DNA from: Octopus sinensis
Lineage: Eukaryota
DNA length: 64,000 bases
Assembly: GCF_006345805.1 (NCBI RefSeq)
Contig: NC_042997.1
Span: forward strand, 36,828,001-36,892,000
Direction: 5' to 3'
Shown here: piece after piece, positions 23,763-36,290 of the stretch
How the letters are laid out: each line of letters begins with the position of its first letter
How positions within the stretch are numbered: position 1 is the first letter of the stretch
The notes under the pieces: generated by a model
The model's input: only the letters and a program-made list of their open reading frames with translations
Told to the model about the DNA's origin: nothing
Databases searched by the model: none
Made by a program: the position numbers and the translations under genes

Positions 23763-24780
23763 TTGTTATGTGTATGTATGGAAATGAAATGGGCACAAGA
23801 TTTACTATTTTGTATTAGATTTTATCTTTAACCCCTATTTATAAGACGGTTTCCAATTCAGGAAAGTAATTTTGTACAGAGTAACAATCAGAGGCTAATG
23901 GGAAAGAGATTGATAGACTTTGGCCGATCACTTGTTTGTAGAAATCTGATGAATATGCGTTTTTTCCCTGCGCAACGTTTATCAGAACCATTCACAAATT
24001 CTATTCAAACATGAATCTGCCAACTTTTCTTCGTCTATATATGAGAATATTATTCTTCTGAAACATAACCTACGGTCATAGGGAAGTAATATCTTGTCTA
24101 AATGCTGTTACATTCGGTATTTATGTCACTAAAATTTAAGCCTGGGCTATAATTTTGCGAAAATGATTAAGGGATGCATTTTCTTTGCTATTTTATCAAT
24201 TTTATTGCATATTGTCTATTTTCAGAAATGGTTATGTTTCTGAACAATAGTTTTGATTCCTGTCATTAGGTCCCTAGTTCCTTTTCTCAGGGAAACCTAC
24301 TCAACATTACATTTGCGAAGGGGTTTCGTGTTTGTTGTCAGTACTATTCTCTTCTTTAGTTTTCTCGTTAACCTAATGTTAATAACTGCTGTTTTTAAAG
24401 AAAAAAAGTTATTCAAATCAGTAGCGTTTTAGAATCTTTTCTCTGCAGCAAATGTTATTTCATTTCTATAGTCAAGACTTCATATGATGTCACTAATTAT
24501 GTAAGACCTGAAGCTGTTGTAATTACTCCGGAAATATAGCAGACCTTCAATTATGATATTATTATGTATTGTAATACTGAACAACATCCATTGTTACCTT
24601 ACGTCCATAACATTGATATCACATAATGTCAAAGAAAGCACGTGGATATTATGTGTCGCATATGTTATAAGGTAAAAATACGTTGTTCGTTCAAATTCCA
24701 CCGAGGTTGATTTGTCTTCTGTGTTTTCAGAGTTGATTGAATAAGTTTTACGGATATTTGTCTTCATCTTTTTTGTTGTT

Positions 24781-24826
24781 AACACAACGTTTCGGCTGAT
24801 ATACTCTCCAGCCTTCATCAGGTGTC
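24781..24826 (-). ncRNA. Minimal type I hammerhead in a PLE-type terminal repeat (repeat about 24725-24890)
   Basis: GACAC-CTGATGA-A-GGCTG(GAGAGTATAT)CAGCC-GAAA-CGT-T-GTGTT. Confidence 0.78.
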
Positions 24827-24926
24827 TTGGGGAAATTTCGAACCTGAGGTATTTTTCGATGTTGTTATTAATATTATTATTATTATTAAGGAGTCGAACT
24901 CTAAATCTTGGGGTTAGACATGCTAT

Positions 24927-25002
24927 ACAGACATGCTATACAGCAGTGAAACATGGGCTGTGACTGCAGAGGACATGTCCTCTGCAGTCACAGCCCATGT
25001 TT
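24927..25002 (+). repeat. RTE-LINE fragment folded back into a perfect 54-bp palindrome
   Basis: atgctatacagcagtgaaacatgggctgtgactgcagaggacatg = MLYSSETWAVTAEDM (RTE-type LYGSETW motif); 24949-24975 is the exact reverse complement of 24976-25002. Confidence 0.8.
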
Positions 25003-25330
25003 ATGGTGGATCCTTGTCCATTAGTACGTTATTGTCGCAACTGTAATATTCTTGTACCACTATTATGTTGCGCCGGTATTCCGCGTCTTATCTTTGACTC
25101 GTCTATCGTGCTATCACTGATAGCTCCGCAAGACTTTGATTTTGAACCGTTTACCCTGACGGTAACTTGAACTCGTCTATAACTCGTAACTGACACTTAA
25201 CTCCTAGTGAGAACTCGTCTGATTCTATTTTAACTGACCTCCTACAACGACTGAATGGTTTTATAGTGGTATGAACGATTTTGTCATGTGGAAAGGGGAG
25301 TACAATTTTCACTAGAACGATTTCTTTATT
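24998..25330. repeat. LTR-like direct repeat, left copy
   Basis: Starts TGTT; alignable by eye to 30109-30430 (gtaatattcttgt.accactattatg, gtattccgcgtctta, cgtaactgacact). Confidence 0.7.
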
Positions 25331-28300
25331 GCTCCCAGGGGAAAAACATATAGGGGGCGATACAAATGAAGGAGGCGTCGATAAAACGAATGATCTTACA
25401 AAAGTTGAATAGTTAAACATTGAAGTTAGATTTTTTATAAATCGGATGATGATAACAAACCATAACACATACAATGAAGAGAAGGACAGGTTCCGCTTCC
25501 ACCTCTCAAGCCCTATGCCACCACTGTGACCTTTTGTATAACCTTATGAATATACTATACGGGTTCATTCATTCTCAGCAAACTTGCTACAGCCTTCCAT
25601 CTTTTCCCATATACATCAGGTGACAGGCATTTTCTCCCATCCCTTATTTTCTTCTAAAGGTGGTGAATGAGGAAATTAACAAGTCCAAGGCTGGAGATGG
25701 ACCTGCACCTGCCCTTGCCAGTCTTGAAGTTCCGTTGCAGTGGCTTGGAGGATTGTTATTTTGTCCTCCAAGCTCGCAGTGAAAACACATACTAGCCAAG
25801 AATGGTCCACTTCAGGTCGTATATCTCACACCTAAATCTTTGAAGTCCGCCTTCCAAAATATGGGGGCAGGAGCACCACGTCTAATGTTCCGTCGACGCC
25901 TGCCTGATTTTTTCTTCGGTCTTAAAAAGCACTTCGATCGTGGCATATTTAGTTCCCCTTGTAAGGTCTGCTACGTCGTTCCACACTGGTCTCACAACCT
26001 GACTGCTTCTTTGCTGGCCATGTCCAATTTTTTCGGTATTAACAAAAACGATTAATAGATTAGTGTACATCGAAGAGCGTTATGCGTTGTCTCACTAGGA
26101 CGGGTAATTTTAGTTTCGCTCCCCTCCCTTTTTATTATTCTTTTGCATTTATTCACACCTCTTCCAATTTTAGCGTTTTTGTTTTCAACTTGATATTTTT
26201 TCTTGTTAGCACCTACTTGTAGGAACTCTGTTTCCTTCCTTTTCTTTCAACTTGAAAGTGTGGGTTCAACTCCCTGTAACGGTGTTGGTACCTGGAATGT
26301 GTCATACAGCCATTTCATAGGTTCTTCCAATCTGTCAGGAATCTCTTCTTGAATTGGTTCCTGTGTCTTTTACAATACCTTTTGTGCTTTTAATTCTGTA
26401 CATCATTTCTCCTATATACTTTGTACATTTCCCTTTTTCCTAGTACCTTTTCCCCGTTTTTATACATGTACACTTTATCACCAATTTTGAAAAAAATTGG
26501 ATTGTCTTTCCTGGTACTTTTTCTTTCCTCGCCGGATAACAGCATATCAAAAACTGATTTCACCTTCTTCGCGAACTCTTCTTGAGTTTCCTGCTGGTGT
26601 ACTGGTGTACTGGTGTTCGGTGTCACTCGGTATATCCTTAGAAATTGCTGCAGAGCGACTTCGTCTGTGACTTACTTGTTTACTTTTCTCAAAGCTCTTT
26701 TTAAAATGTCCATAAAACTCTCTGCCTGTCCATTTGATCTGAGACACAAATTCACTGGACACAAACTGTGTACCATTATGAGATAAATCACATCTGGGAT
26801 GCCACATCTTGCGAATAATTCATGCCAAAAAGTTATTACCTTTTCGGAGGTTGGTAGTTTGCACTTAACAATTTCTGGCCATCGTAAAACTGTCAACTAC
26901 TGCTAAGTAGTAATAACTATTTAACGGAACCTCAAAGTCGATATTTAGTCTTGACCATAGACATTTTTACTTCTGGCCAAAGCTCCCCTTTTAAGTAGGC
27001 AATTTTACTACCAGAGCACATCTTCTACAGCCTTTTACTAGGTTTTTCAACTTCCGTTCCATCTTCGACCAGTACACATAACTACGCATAAGAGCTTTCA
27101 TCCTTGCGATCCCCCGATGTCCAATATTGAAGTCTTTCAACATACCTATTTGTAAAGTGTCAGGTATTACTACTCTTTGTCAATTCAGTACTAAGCCTTG
27201 AATATATGTTTACCTCTCTTGAATATATGTTTACCTATTGCTGTTTTTTTTCTTACCGAACATACTTTTGTTTTCTTTAGCTGACCAAACTTTTTTTCAT
27301 TAATTAATGAACTTATCTTTTGACGCGTGACGCTTTATCTCCACCACTGTTATTTGTAACTCTCATATAGTGTTCCTCATTATGTGTTCAATTTCCCGTC
27401 CGGCTGTTAGGGCTGCTATTACTGTCTCCTCGAATGGTTCGCCATTTCTAGGTATTAATCTGGATAGGCCGTCAGCATGTCCTAGACTTTCGATGGTAAA
27501 TATTCCATTGTGTAGTCGTAGTTTAGTTTTATGGTGCCCCAACGCTGCAGCCCTTTTTGCTTTATGTACTAGGAGTCCATTTTTAGATACATAAATCGTT
27601 AGCAACGGGCAATGGTCTGTTTGTAGTCTAAACCGTGCATTATGTATAAATACCTGGGGCCTTTTCTAAGTCAAATATAATCAGCAATATATCTTTTTCA
27701 ATTTGGCTATATTTTTTTCCGCTGGCAATATTGTCCTTGACGTATGAACTATGACTTTTGGCTTCCATCTTCACACTTGTATAGGAGTACGGCAACAACT
27801 CCGTAATCACAAGCATCTGTAGCCAGTATCGTTTCAAACTTCGTATCGAAGTGTATAAGCGGCATCTCTGAAGTTAACATGGATTTTAGTTCCCCAAATG
27901 CCTTCGGAGGCATTTAGTGGAAGCCTTCTCTTAAGTATGTTTGGGATATATACTTGATAGTAGTTTACTAAACCTAAAAACATTTGCAATAATTTGACGT
28001 TCGCTGGGGGAGGCATATTCCGTTTTGCCGGCGCCCTTGATGGGTGTGGCCATCCCTTTCATCAATTACTTGACATAAATATTTGATTTTATTCATCGAA
28101 ACTTCACACCTTTCATCTAAAACCTTCGTTTATTTTCTCTAATACTTTATGAATATGTTCCAAATGTTGCTCCACTGACTCGCTCTTTATCAAAATATCA
28201 TCGTGATAAGCGATGCAATCATCAATTGTTGGAACATGGCAGGTACCATTTTTACTTCAAAACGAATTAATACAAAACGCGGTGTGTGTTGATTAGTAAA

Positions 28301-30108
28301 ATTTGTGCGCAATCTTCCTCTACTTGTATCTGCAGATATGTCTGACCTGGAGAAAATATTTCCCTTTAAATTTGAGAACATTTCATGTAATCCATAACTC
28401 CATACACACTTAGATTTTTCTTTCTTTACATAAACTGCCGGAGCTGCCAGTTTGAATCGTAGACTTATTCAATTATATTTAGATTTTCTTGTCTTCTCAG
28501 TTCTTTATTGACGTGGTCTAACGTAGTAAATGGCATGTTTCATTTGGACCTAAAAATGGGTGTTTCCTTTTCTTTTACTCCCATCCTTGCTTTTGCTTTA
28601 GTGCTTTAGTGAATCCGTCCAAATAAACATTTGGAAACAATTTTTAATTTCTTTTCTCAGTTGTTCGACTTCATTCGAACATTTTACCGTGCCGACTACA
28701 TTTTCACAGAGAACCCTAAACGAGTGTCCCACATTTTAAATAAATCCATGCGTTTTTTGGTGATTTTTTTCAATACATAAATGACTATAGTTTTCATTTC
28801 ACTTCGAAAAGTTACATTGCAAATATATTCGCCGATGCAATGTAATTTCTTTCCTATAGCTTCTTAATTCAACTAAATAATTTCGGCTTATCGATTTGTT
28901 GCAATGTTTCTTCAATTATCATAGTGATGGCACTACCCGTGTCTAATTGCATTTTGACACTAAAAGTTTCGTTTCTCCTCTTTATGAACTTTCTGTTTTT
29001 TTTTCTCGTTGATCCAGTTTTGTCATCTTAGTTCTGCAGTGCGATGTAATGAGTTCTGAGTTCCACCAACAAAGACTCTTTCCTTTTTTTCAACGGTCAT
29101 TCTTCTCTCAGGTGCCTACCACCCCATCCCATACAGGGTGTTTGTCGCCTGTGGTTCATCGTGTTTTTTTGTGAAACACTCTATCCTCCTCAGACTCTTC
29201 AACACTCGTTTTATCTGTAAAGTGTCTCTGCGTTAGATTTCTTCTGTGTCGTACTTTAATTTTAATATCATATCGCATTCTTATGATAGTTTCTGAAGAG
29301 ATATATTCTGGTTCATTTTCAGCTTTGTGAGAATTTTTTTCTGACTTCTGCGTCATTTTTAGCAATAAGTCTCAGAGCAAAAATCAGGTACTTCAACGTG
29401 CCTGGAGTGAGTTTATACAGTTTAAATCTCTCACACTCTGTTCACTCTACCTGCATGTGGGAAAGTTTTCGTCATCACTTTTCTCAGTATACAAACACTT
29501 CTAGCCTGTGTTGAATAACGATGTTTTCTCACTAAACATCCAACATAAGATGTCAATTTCGTCCGTAAAATTTACGTCAGAAACTTTCTTTTGATAATAT
29601 AAAGTTACAGTCTTTTACGTGATTTTTCGTCGCTAGTTTCCTCAGAAATAGACGCGTTTTCATTTTGTCGGTCCAGTTTTGGTACTCTTTCTCGAAAATT
29701 TGCTCAAATCTTCGGTGATATGCCTCGAAGGTGACTCCTTCTTCCGGGTTATATTTACAATTATTTATTGAATTTGCTACATGGTCTGGCGAAAAGACAT
29801 TTTCCTGTTTTGTTACCAACTTCATTGGTCGTAGCATTTGTTGCTGTAACATTTCTTGTTGTTTTATGAATTGTTGTTGTTGCTGTTCTTCTAACTCAAC
29901 TAGACCCCCTAAAAAGTTTTCCATAATTTTACAGATTCTTCTTAAAATGTGTGCAACAAAAATATTTCTTACTCATGTATCGAGTTTTTATTTTCCTCAC
30001 ATGAAAAATATTTCAACTTCGTCTGCGTGAATTGTTTATTTTCTCGTGATACGTTGTTTTTTTCTTTTCAGCGTTGTCTGCATGAATTGTTTATAGCTTC
30101 CTTGCCAC

Positions 30109-30430
30109 TGTTATGATGTGGATCTTCGTCTATTTGTATGTTGTTGTCGGCACAGTAATATTCTTGTCACCACTATTATGTTTTGACTGTATTCCGCGTC
30201 TTACTATCATTGACTCGTCTATCTTGCTTTCGTTGATAGCTCCTACAAAACAAGGACTTTGGAACGTCAAACCTGAAGGTAACTCGAAGTCGTATATATC
30301 ACGTAACTGACACTGACTCCAACTGACAACTCGTCCAACGACTCTACTACTATTGACGACCTTCTACAATGACTGACTGTCTGTCTGACTTTGTCACGTG
30401 GGAAGATGAGTACCATTTTCACTACAATAG
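30109..30430. repeat. LTR-like direct repeat, right copy
   Basis: Starts TGTTAT next to the PBS-like site; homologous to 24998-25330. Confidence 0.7.
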
Positions 30431-31619
30431 AAGGCTTGAAAGAAATGAAGCTAGTACGCTTCCCTAGATGTCCAATGGCAATTTGCTCGTGCGACAGAGT
30501 GTATGCGGCATACGAGGCATCAAGTATGGTGTGGAAGAGAGGGAGCACCTTCAATGTACTGTTGTGGATATCGAGAGAGAGGCTGGGTCTGACTAGTTTG
30601 TGACTAATTGTTTGGGTTTTCCGTATGCACATAGGATGCCTTTATATGTGATAGAAACATAAATATGAGAATTGTATTTCATTGTGGATTCAACACGAAG
30701 CCTTTCGTGCTTTTCGATTTCGCTTTTATTAACTTCTACTTGAGATATTCTATTCCTTGAATTATAATTATAATTGACATCAGGTAATCGTGTCACGAAC
30801 TGTACGCCCATTCTAAAAAACGAAATATGTGTCATAGATTTAATATACGGAATTTATTACTTTTATTCGTATCTCGAAATATGTTGATAGTGTTGACAAA
30901 AATAATAGATGTTTTCCCGTCTGCAGAATGGAAGTACAAGTATAATTGTTAGTAAATAATAACAATATATTTGTTCGGATCAAACTTACACACCTGTAAA
31001 AAATGGCGTCTATTTAATTTAATTATTTAATGTGTAGAAATTTTTATATATCTTCGCCTGTTTATATTTTGACGAAAACAATTATTATTACTAATATTGT
31101 TGTTATACATACATGCAAGCATATGTAATGATAATAATGGGTGGATGTAAACACATGAACAAAATTAGAATAAAAGCAACAACAACAAAAACAAAATACA
31201 AATTACAAGAATGTATATAAACAGAAGATACAAATATTACAGGCATCCCCACACACACACACTAAATAAACATAGACGCACATAGAGATATAAGCATGCG
31301 CAAATGAAGACATACAATAGAAATACAAAATGGCTGACGGTTAGTAAGGAGAGACACAAATAAGTGAGAAGAAAACAAAGGGCCACTGATGCAGTCACAG
31401 GAGTGTGATGAAAGAACTTTGGCCGAAATAAGATTAAGATTAATGTAAAAAATAAATATCACTGAAGCAAAATAACACCAAATATATAGTGCGTGTGTTT
31501 TTATTGGCTAAACTGGCAATATGAACATTCCGAAATATAACAATATCTGTTTCAACACACGACTTCACATAAAAAATCTTGCACAACAAATATTTAAACG
31601 TATATATATATATAGATAT

Positions 31620-31919
31620 ATAGGGAGAATTCACAAAAAAAAACAAAAGACGAAGGCAGGTGATGTAGAAAACAAACAGAAGTATTAGTATAGCGTTCAG
31701 GAATTGATGAAGTCTTTAAAGTTTCGAGCCTACGCTCTTCCACAGAAAGGGACACGGAAAGAAAAAAAAGGAGAGAAACAAGGAGACAAAAAATGTGTGT
31801 AGTGGCTAGCATTCTATCATGGCGAACGCCTGGACAGAAGGGTCACACAGGAGAGCTGTACAGGAAACTTTAGAAAGTATTAAAGTAAAAAAGAAACTTA
31901 AAATAATAACAACAACAAC

Positions 31920-31950
<31 letters not shown>

Positions 31951-32835
31951 GATGCAGTAAATGTCTTGATGCTGTACCAGGCAGTGGCTCTCATGGCTTT
32001 TTGCCATAACTGATTGGAAGTGTTATCATGTACATTGTTTTGTCTTGGTATAAAAGATGGGCTACAGCAAATATTCTGCTCAATACCACAGATTTGCTTG
32101 TCAGTTGTTTGACCATAACCAGTTTAGCATGTCCCTTAGTGGCTGACGATATGCGCATCTCTGATCACAAGCAGAAGTAGTGGCGGGGGGCATCATAACC
32201 ATGTGTTGAGAGGGATTCTTTGGGGTTTGAATAATTCACTTCTGGAAACATGGGTGTTTCGTTCAACATCCTTAAACAACCCTTATCCAGGGACCTTTTG
32301 AGCAGGATGTGTTACTCTACCAGAAGAAAATTCTAACTGGGCCCCACATGCAAGGTCATGTGCTGTTTATCTTGATATAAGATCACCATGTCGCGCTCAT
32401 GTGGCTGTGAGCATGTGCCTAGTGTACCCTAATCAGACGAGTAGTCATGATGGGTATACTAGGCTTCGTATATTTTACCCCAGTGTCATTTTGATGGCAT
32501 GCACTGCTCTCTCACTCAATGATAATAATAATAGTAATAATAGTTTAAAGGTAAAGTTCAAAGGTTTCAGACGTCTAGGTGTATTGGAGCGATTTTTAAT
32601 CAAGAAAAGAGTCCAGAGTAATCCATAGGCATAGGGGGTGCAGCCGGAGTGTAGAAAGTCCAAAAGAGAATCCGTAAAGAGTAGAAAGGTAGAATGTCCA
32701 CTGGAGAAGTTGAGTTGTGGTTGATGAAAGGAGAGAGGATCAGTTGGTGCGACCACGTGAGCGTGTGATATATGGGGAGATTTCACGAAAAAAAACAAGA
32801 CTAAAATAGGTGGCGTAGAAAACAAACTGATCAAC
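31620..32835 (-). mobile_element. Short PLE remnant (terminal repeat 31620-31860 with variant hammerhead 31712-31750; partial second tail 32765-32835), split by the 600-bp element
   Basis: Terminal repeat matches 5525-5760; a tail fragment recurs at 32765-32835. Confidence 0.65.
31951..32543 (+). mobile_element. ~600-bp (TAA)n-embedded element, second copy
   Basis: Colinear with 18802-19398; preceded by (AAT)n and followed by aatgataataat. Confidence 0.8.
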
Positions 32836-32865
32836 TAGTATTTGTATACACACACACACAGACAT

Positions 32866-32897
<32 letters not shown>

Positions 32898-33050
32898 GTA
32901 TATATATAAATATACATACATATATAGAGCAATAAGAATATGGAGGGGATCAATAAGTATTATTCATCAACTTTAGTCAATTTATAGGGAAAAATGTTAT
33001 ATATATATATATATATTTACATACACACATACATACATATACAAACATAC

Positions 33051-33082
<32 letters not shown>

Positions 33083-33120
33083 ATATATATACGAGAAAGA
33101 AGCAACAAGAATGGATTGGT

Positions 33121-33211
33121 TTTTAGTACAATTGTTTCATACAAAGACAGGTTTTATTACAAGTTGCAAAAATTGCAGCAGATAAAAGTGTCCCGTACTC
33201 ATCAGCTAAAA
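33121..33211 (-). ncRNA. Type I hammerhead ribozyme
   Basis: TTTTAG-CTGATGA-GTACGGGACA...TGTCTTTGTAT-GAAA-CAATTG-TA-CTAAAA; 6-bp stem I, palindromic stem III, GUA triplet. Confidence 0.78.
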
Positions 33212-33386
33212 TACATTTGAGTTCTCTAGACATCTTAGTGGGTGAGGTTATACTCATGAAATATTGGAGATAGTTCCATTAGAGGCAGATATAGTTTGTA
33301 AAGAGTTTTCCAAAGTTCCTTAATGATGATGCACATTCAAGGTACCACATTCAAGTAAATTCATTGGAGGTTACTTGAATCTTAAT

Positions 33387-33454
<68 letters not shown>

Positions 33455-33518
33455 ATATATATATACATACATATATATATATATATATACGAGAAAGAAG
33501 CAACAAGAATGGATTGGT

Positions 33519-33609
33519 TTTTAGTACAATTGTTTCATACAAAGACAGGCTTTATTACAAGTTGCAAAAATTGCAGCAGATAAAAGTGTCCCGTACTCAT
33601 CAGCTAAAA
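33519..33609 (-). ncRNA. Type I hammerhead ribozyme (tandem copy)
   Basis: Same motif as 33121-33211. Confidence 0.78.
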
Positions 33610-33784
33610 TACATTTGAGTTCTCTAGACATCTTAGTGGGTGAGGTTATACTCATGAAATATTGGAGATAGTTCCATTAGAGGCAGATATAGTTTGTAAA
33701 GAGTTTTCCAAAGTTCCTTAATGATGATGCACATTCAAGGTACCACATTCAAGTAAATTCATTGGAGGTTACTTGAATCTTAAT

Positions 33785-33852
<68 letters not shown>

Positions 33853-33878
33853 ATATATATATACATACATACATATAT

Positions 33879-33932
<54 letters not shown>

Positions 33933-33940
33933 CATATATA

Positions 33941-33991
<51 letters not shown>

Positions 33992-34143
33992 GTTTAATCA
34001 TATGAAAGTGAAATGGAATTTAATTAAATTTAAAATATTCAATCAAAATTTACATTTCCAGTGGTCTAACGTGCAAAAAATTTAGTCAAGAAGACTATAT
34101 ATTAGTTATACGATATAGTGCATATTTATACACATAAGGAATC

Positions 34144-34177
<34 letters not shown>

Positions 34178-34183
<6 letters not shown>

Positions 34184-34253
34184 ATCCAAACAAGAAAGCA
34201 CAAAAAAACACAACAACGTGAGGACGTGGAACAATTATAGTATTATTGGACGA
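34178..34253 (-). mobile_element. Truncated PLE-type terminal-repeat tail
   Basis: atatagttaatccaaacaagaaagcacaaaaaaacacaacaac...attattggacg has the same architecture as the other PLE tails next to (TA)n; stops before any hammerhead. Confidence 0.45.
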
Positions 34254-35089
34254 CATACATACATCAGGTGTTTGAAAATGTAATATGGTTTTATTTATAA
34301 GTGTCTCTAAATAAATCGTTGCTAGCTTAAAATACTTCATGAATCAAGTAGTTTATCTTCATTCATGACTCGAATCATGTTTTGAAGGACTAATTGAAAT
34401 ATTTGCTGATAATAGTCTGTTTGTATGGAGAATATTTAAACATTTTAGACATTTAATAGCGTCTGTTTATATTTGCCTTCAATTATTTCACTGTTACTAT
34501 AAATGTTGTCATTTTTATTTGACACTAATACATATGAAACATTTTTTCATATAAATATTTATTAAATGATACAATGCTTTCCTTGACAAACAACATCGCT
34601 AATGTTTAAAGAGGTGTGGTGATGTATCCTAGAATATTAACCCCATTACTCTTGCATATTAGAGCGATATATGCATGCGAAGAAGTTCTTTTGGAGTTAA
34701 CACAATTTAGTCCAATCCAAATATGTCAGGCATAATAATTTTTTGCTTGTAAAACTACTGTTCTCACTGCTATGGAGAAATTTTTCGTTGTAAGCAACAG
34801 GGGATTGAACAGATGAAGACATTACAATCTTCTTAGATATCGTCAGCAACGGATACGAAGCCTGAAATGATTTGTATGCCATTGTCTCCTTAGAGAAAAT
34901 CAGTAGAAAATACCTACTGATTAGATCCTTACACCCACCAGGTTGTAACAAATTACCAAGGAATCATGTGAAGAAGGTTTGTGGGATCAGCTCATATATA
35001 TTCAGGACATAATTTTGAACAGTCAGTTCAGGATTATTCGTTTGATTTAGAGAACAAAGAATTTTGTAGGAGTTTGAAATATATAGTAA

Positions 35090-36290
35090 ATGCTCTGAAG
35101 TGACTGGTGGCGTTTTATCCCCCGTTGTTTCAAGCGAGAATTTTCTTCACCGGAAACTACAGAGGGAATCGTCATATTACAGATTTGGGACATATTCTAT
35201 CTCATCTAAAAATTTGTTTCTTCCACAACGAATTTCTCTCACAACAGTATATGTCTTGTACGAGTTTGGTGGCCGCTCGCATGGATATTTTCTATTGCTT
35301 TTCTATACGAAATCTATGGGATTCAAATTTATTGCAGGTTTATCCGGTGCCGACAATATCTAAGGAGTTTGAGATACATTCTTCGCTTCAAAGATGTGCT
35401 CTGAATTGACATTTTGCGTTTTATATCCTGTTGCAATTGTGAGCATTTTTTTTTTATGTCAAACTACATTGAGAATTGCTTTCTTCGGGTCAAATGTGCT
35501 TGAAATTTATTGCACTAATTTAATAAATTGGCTGTTTTACTGCGATGTATTTTGCAAGTCCCGTAGACTTAAAATTTCCGGTAGTTCGCATTTTTTAACT
35601 ATCTTAAGTAAAGACATAACTATCGCTACATTTACTTCTTTTCTAATTGCCAACTTAATCAAATAATGCATGACAAACTTTCTACGGATATCAGTAGGTA
35701 TCTTTAGAATAATTCATGTGGCTCATCCTATTATTTTTCTCTCTGAAATGTCTGACGACATCATCTTCGCATTTGTTTATACCTCAATAAATACTGAATC
35801 CCTTACCTCTATGTGTCTTCCTACATTTTAATGAAACCGAAATATCTGCTCCTTCTCTCCGCGTTTCCCCTCTGTGTTTAAGGGCTTCCTATACGTGATA
35901 TATGATGATCTCTCACACCAAAGCAGAGCGGTGGATCATCTCTATTCATTAAATCCTCTCTATCATGCCTCACTATTATGTTAGTTACGACATCTACGTT
36001 TCCCGTATCATTTCCCCATAGACCAACATGTATCGGATACTCACTCAGGCCCTGCCGATGCGTATGAGGAATTTAGTGGTGTTTCACCTCACTTAAGATC
36101 AAACATGATGATCTACCTATATGGTCAAATAAATTCTTACTGTAACCATCCAATTGACGAACAATTGTAATCTGAAAGGAGCATGCAAGCTATATCTAGC
36201 ATGTATAGCAACAACGTAGGCGGCTCACTTCTTGCATGCATTTTTAGTAGTTGCGTTTGCAGATTATTATATGCGTCAATTATTAATTAG
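35090..36290 (+). pseudogene. Possible decayed intronless ionotropic glutamate receptor / IR-like gene
   Basis: Weak motif echoes in the expected order and spacing (S1, M1, M3, S2, M4) across two frames with several stops; see findings. Confidence 0.35.

Larger units (their letters stand above)
24998..30780 (-). mobile_element. Decayed Ty3/Gypsy LTR retrotransposon
   Basis: Minus-strand order gag (29577-29924 KYNPEEGVTFEAYHRRFEQIF), protease (QLDTGS near 28930), RT (28190-28381; FLGLVNYY 27834-28016), RNase H (YSQIEKD), integrase (WPEI..LFARCGIPD, NGTQFVS, SNGQAE); PBS-like TGGCA after LTR end at 30109; polypurine tract near 26119-26133. Right boundary uncertain. Confidence 0.9.
33090..33790 (-). 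repeat. Two near-identical ~300-bp hammerhead-bearing units separated by (TA)n, period 398 bp
   Basis: 33090-33390 and 33488-33788 differ at about one base by eye. Confidence 0.9.

Noticed and set aside
27195-27240. Short tandem duplication cttgaatatatgtttacct
   Set aside because: Ordinary slippage duplication inside the dead Gypsy pol region.
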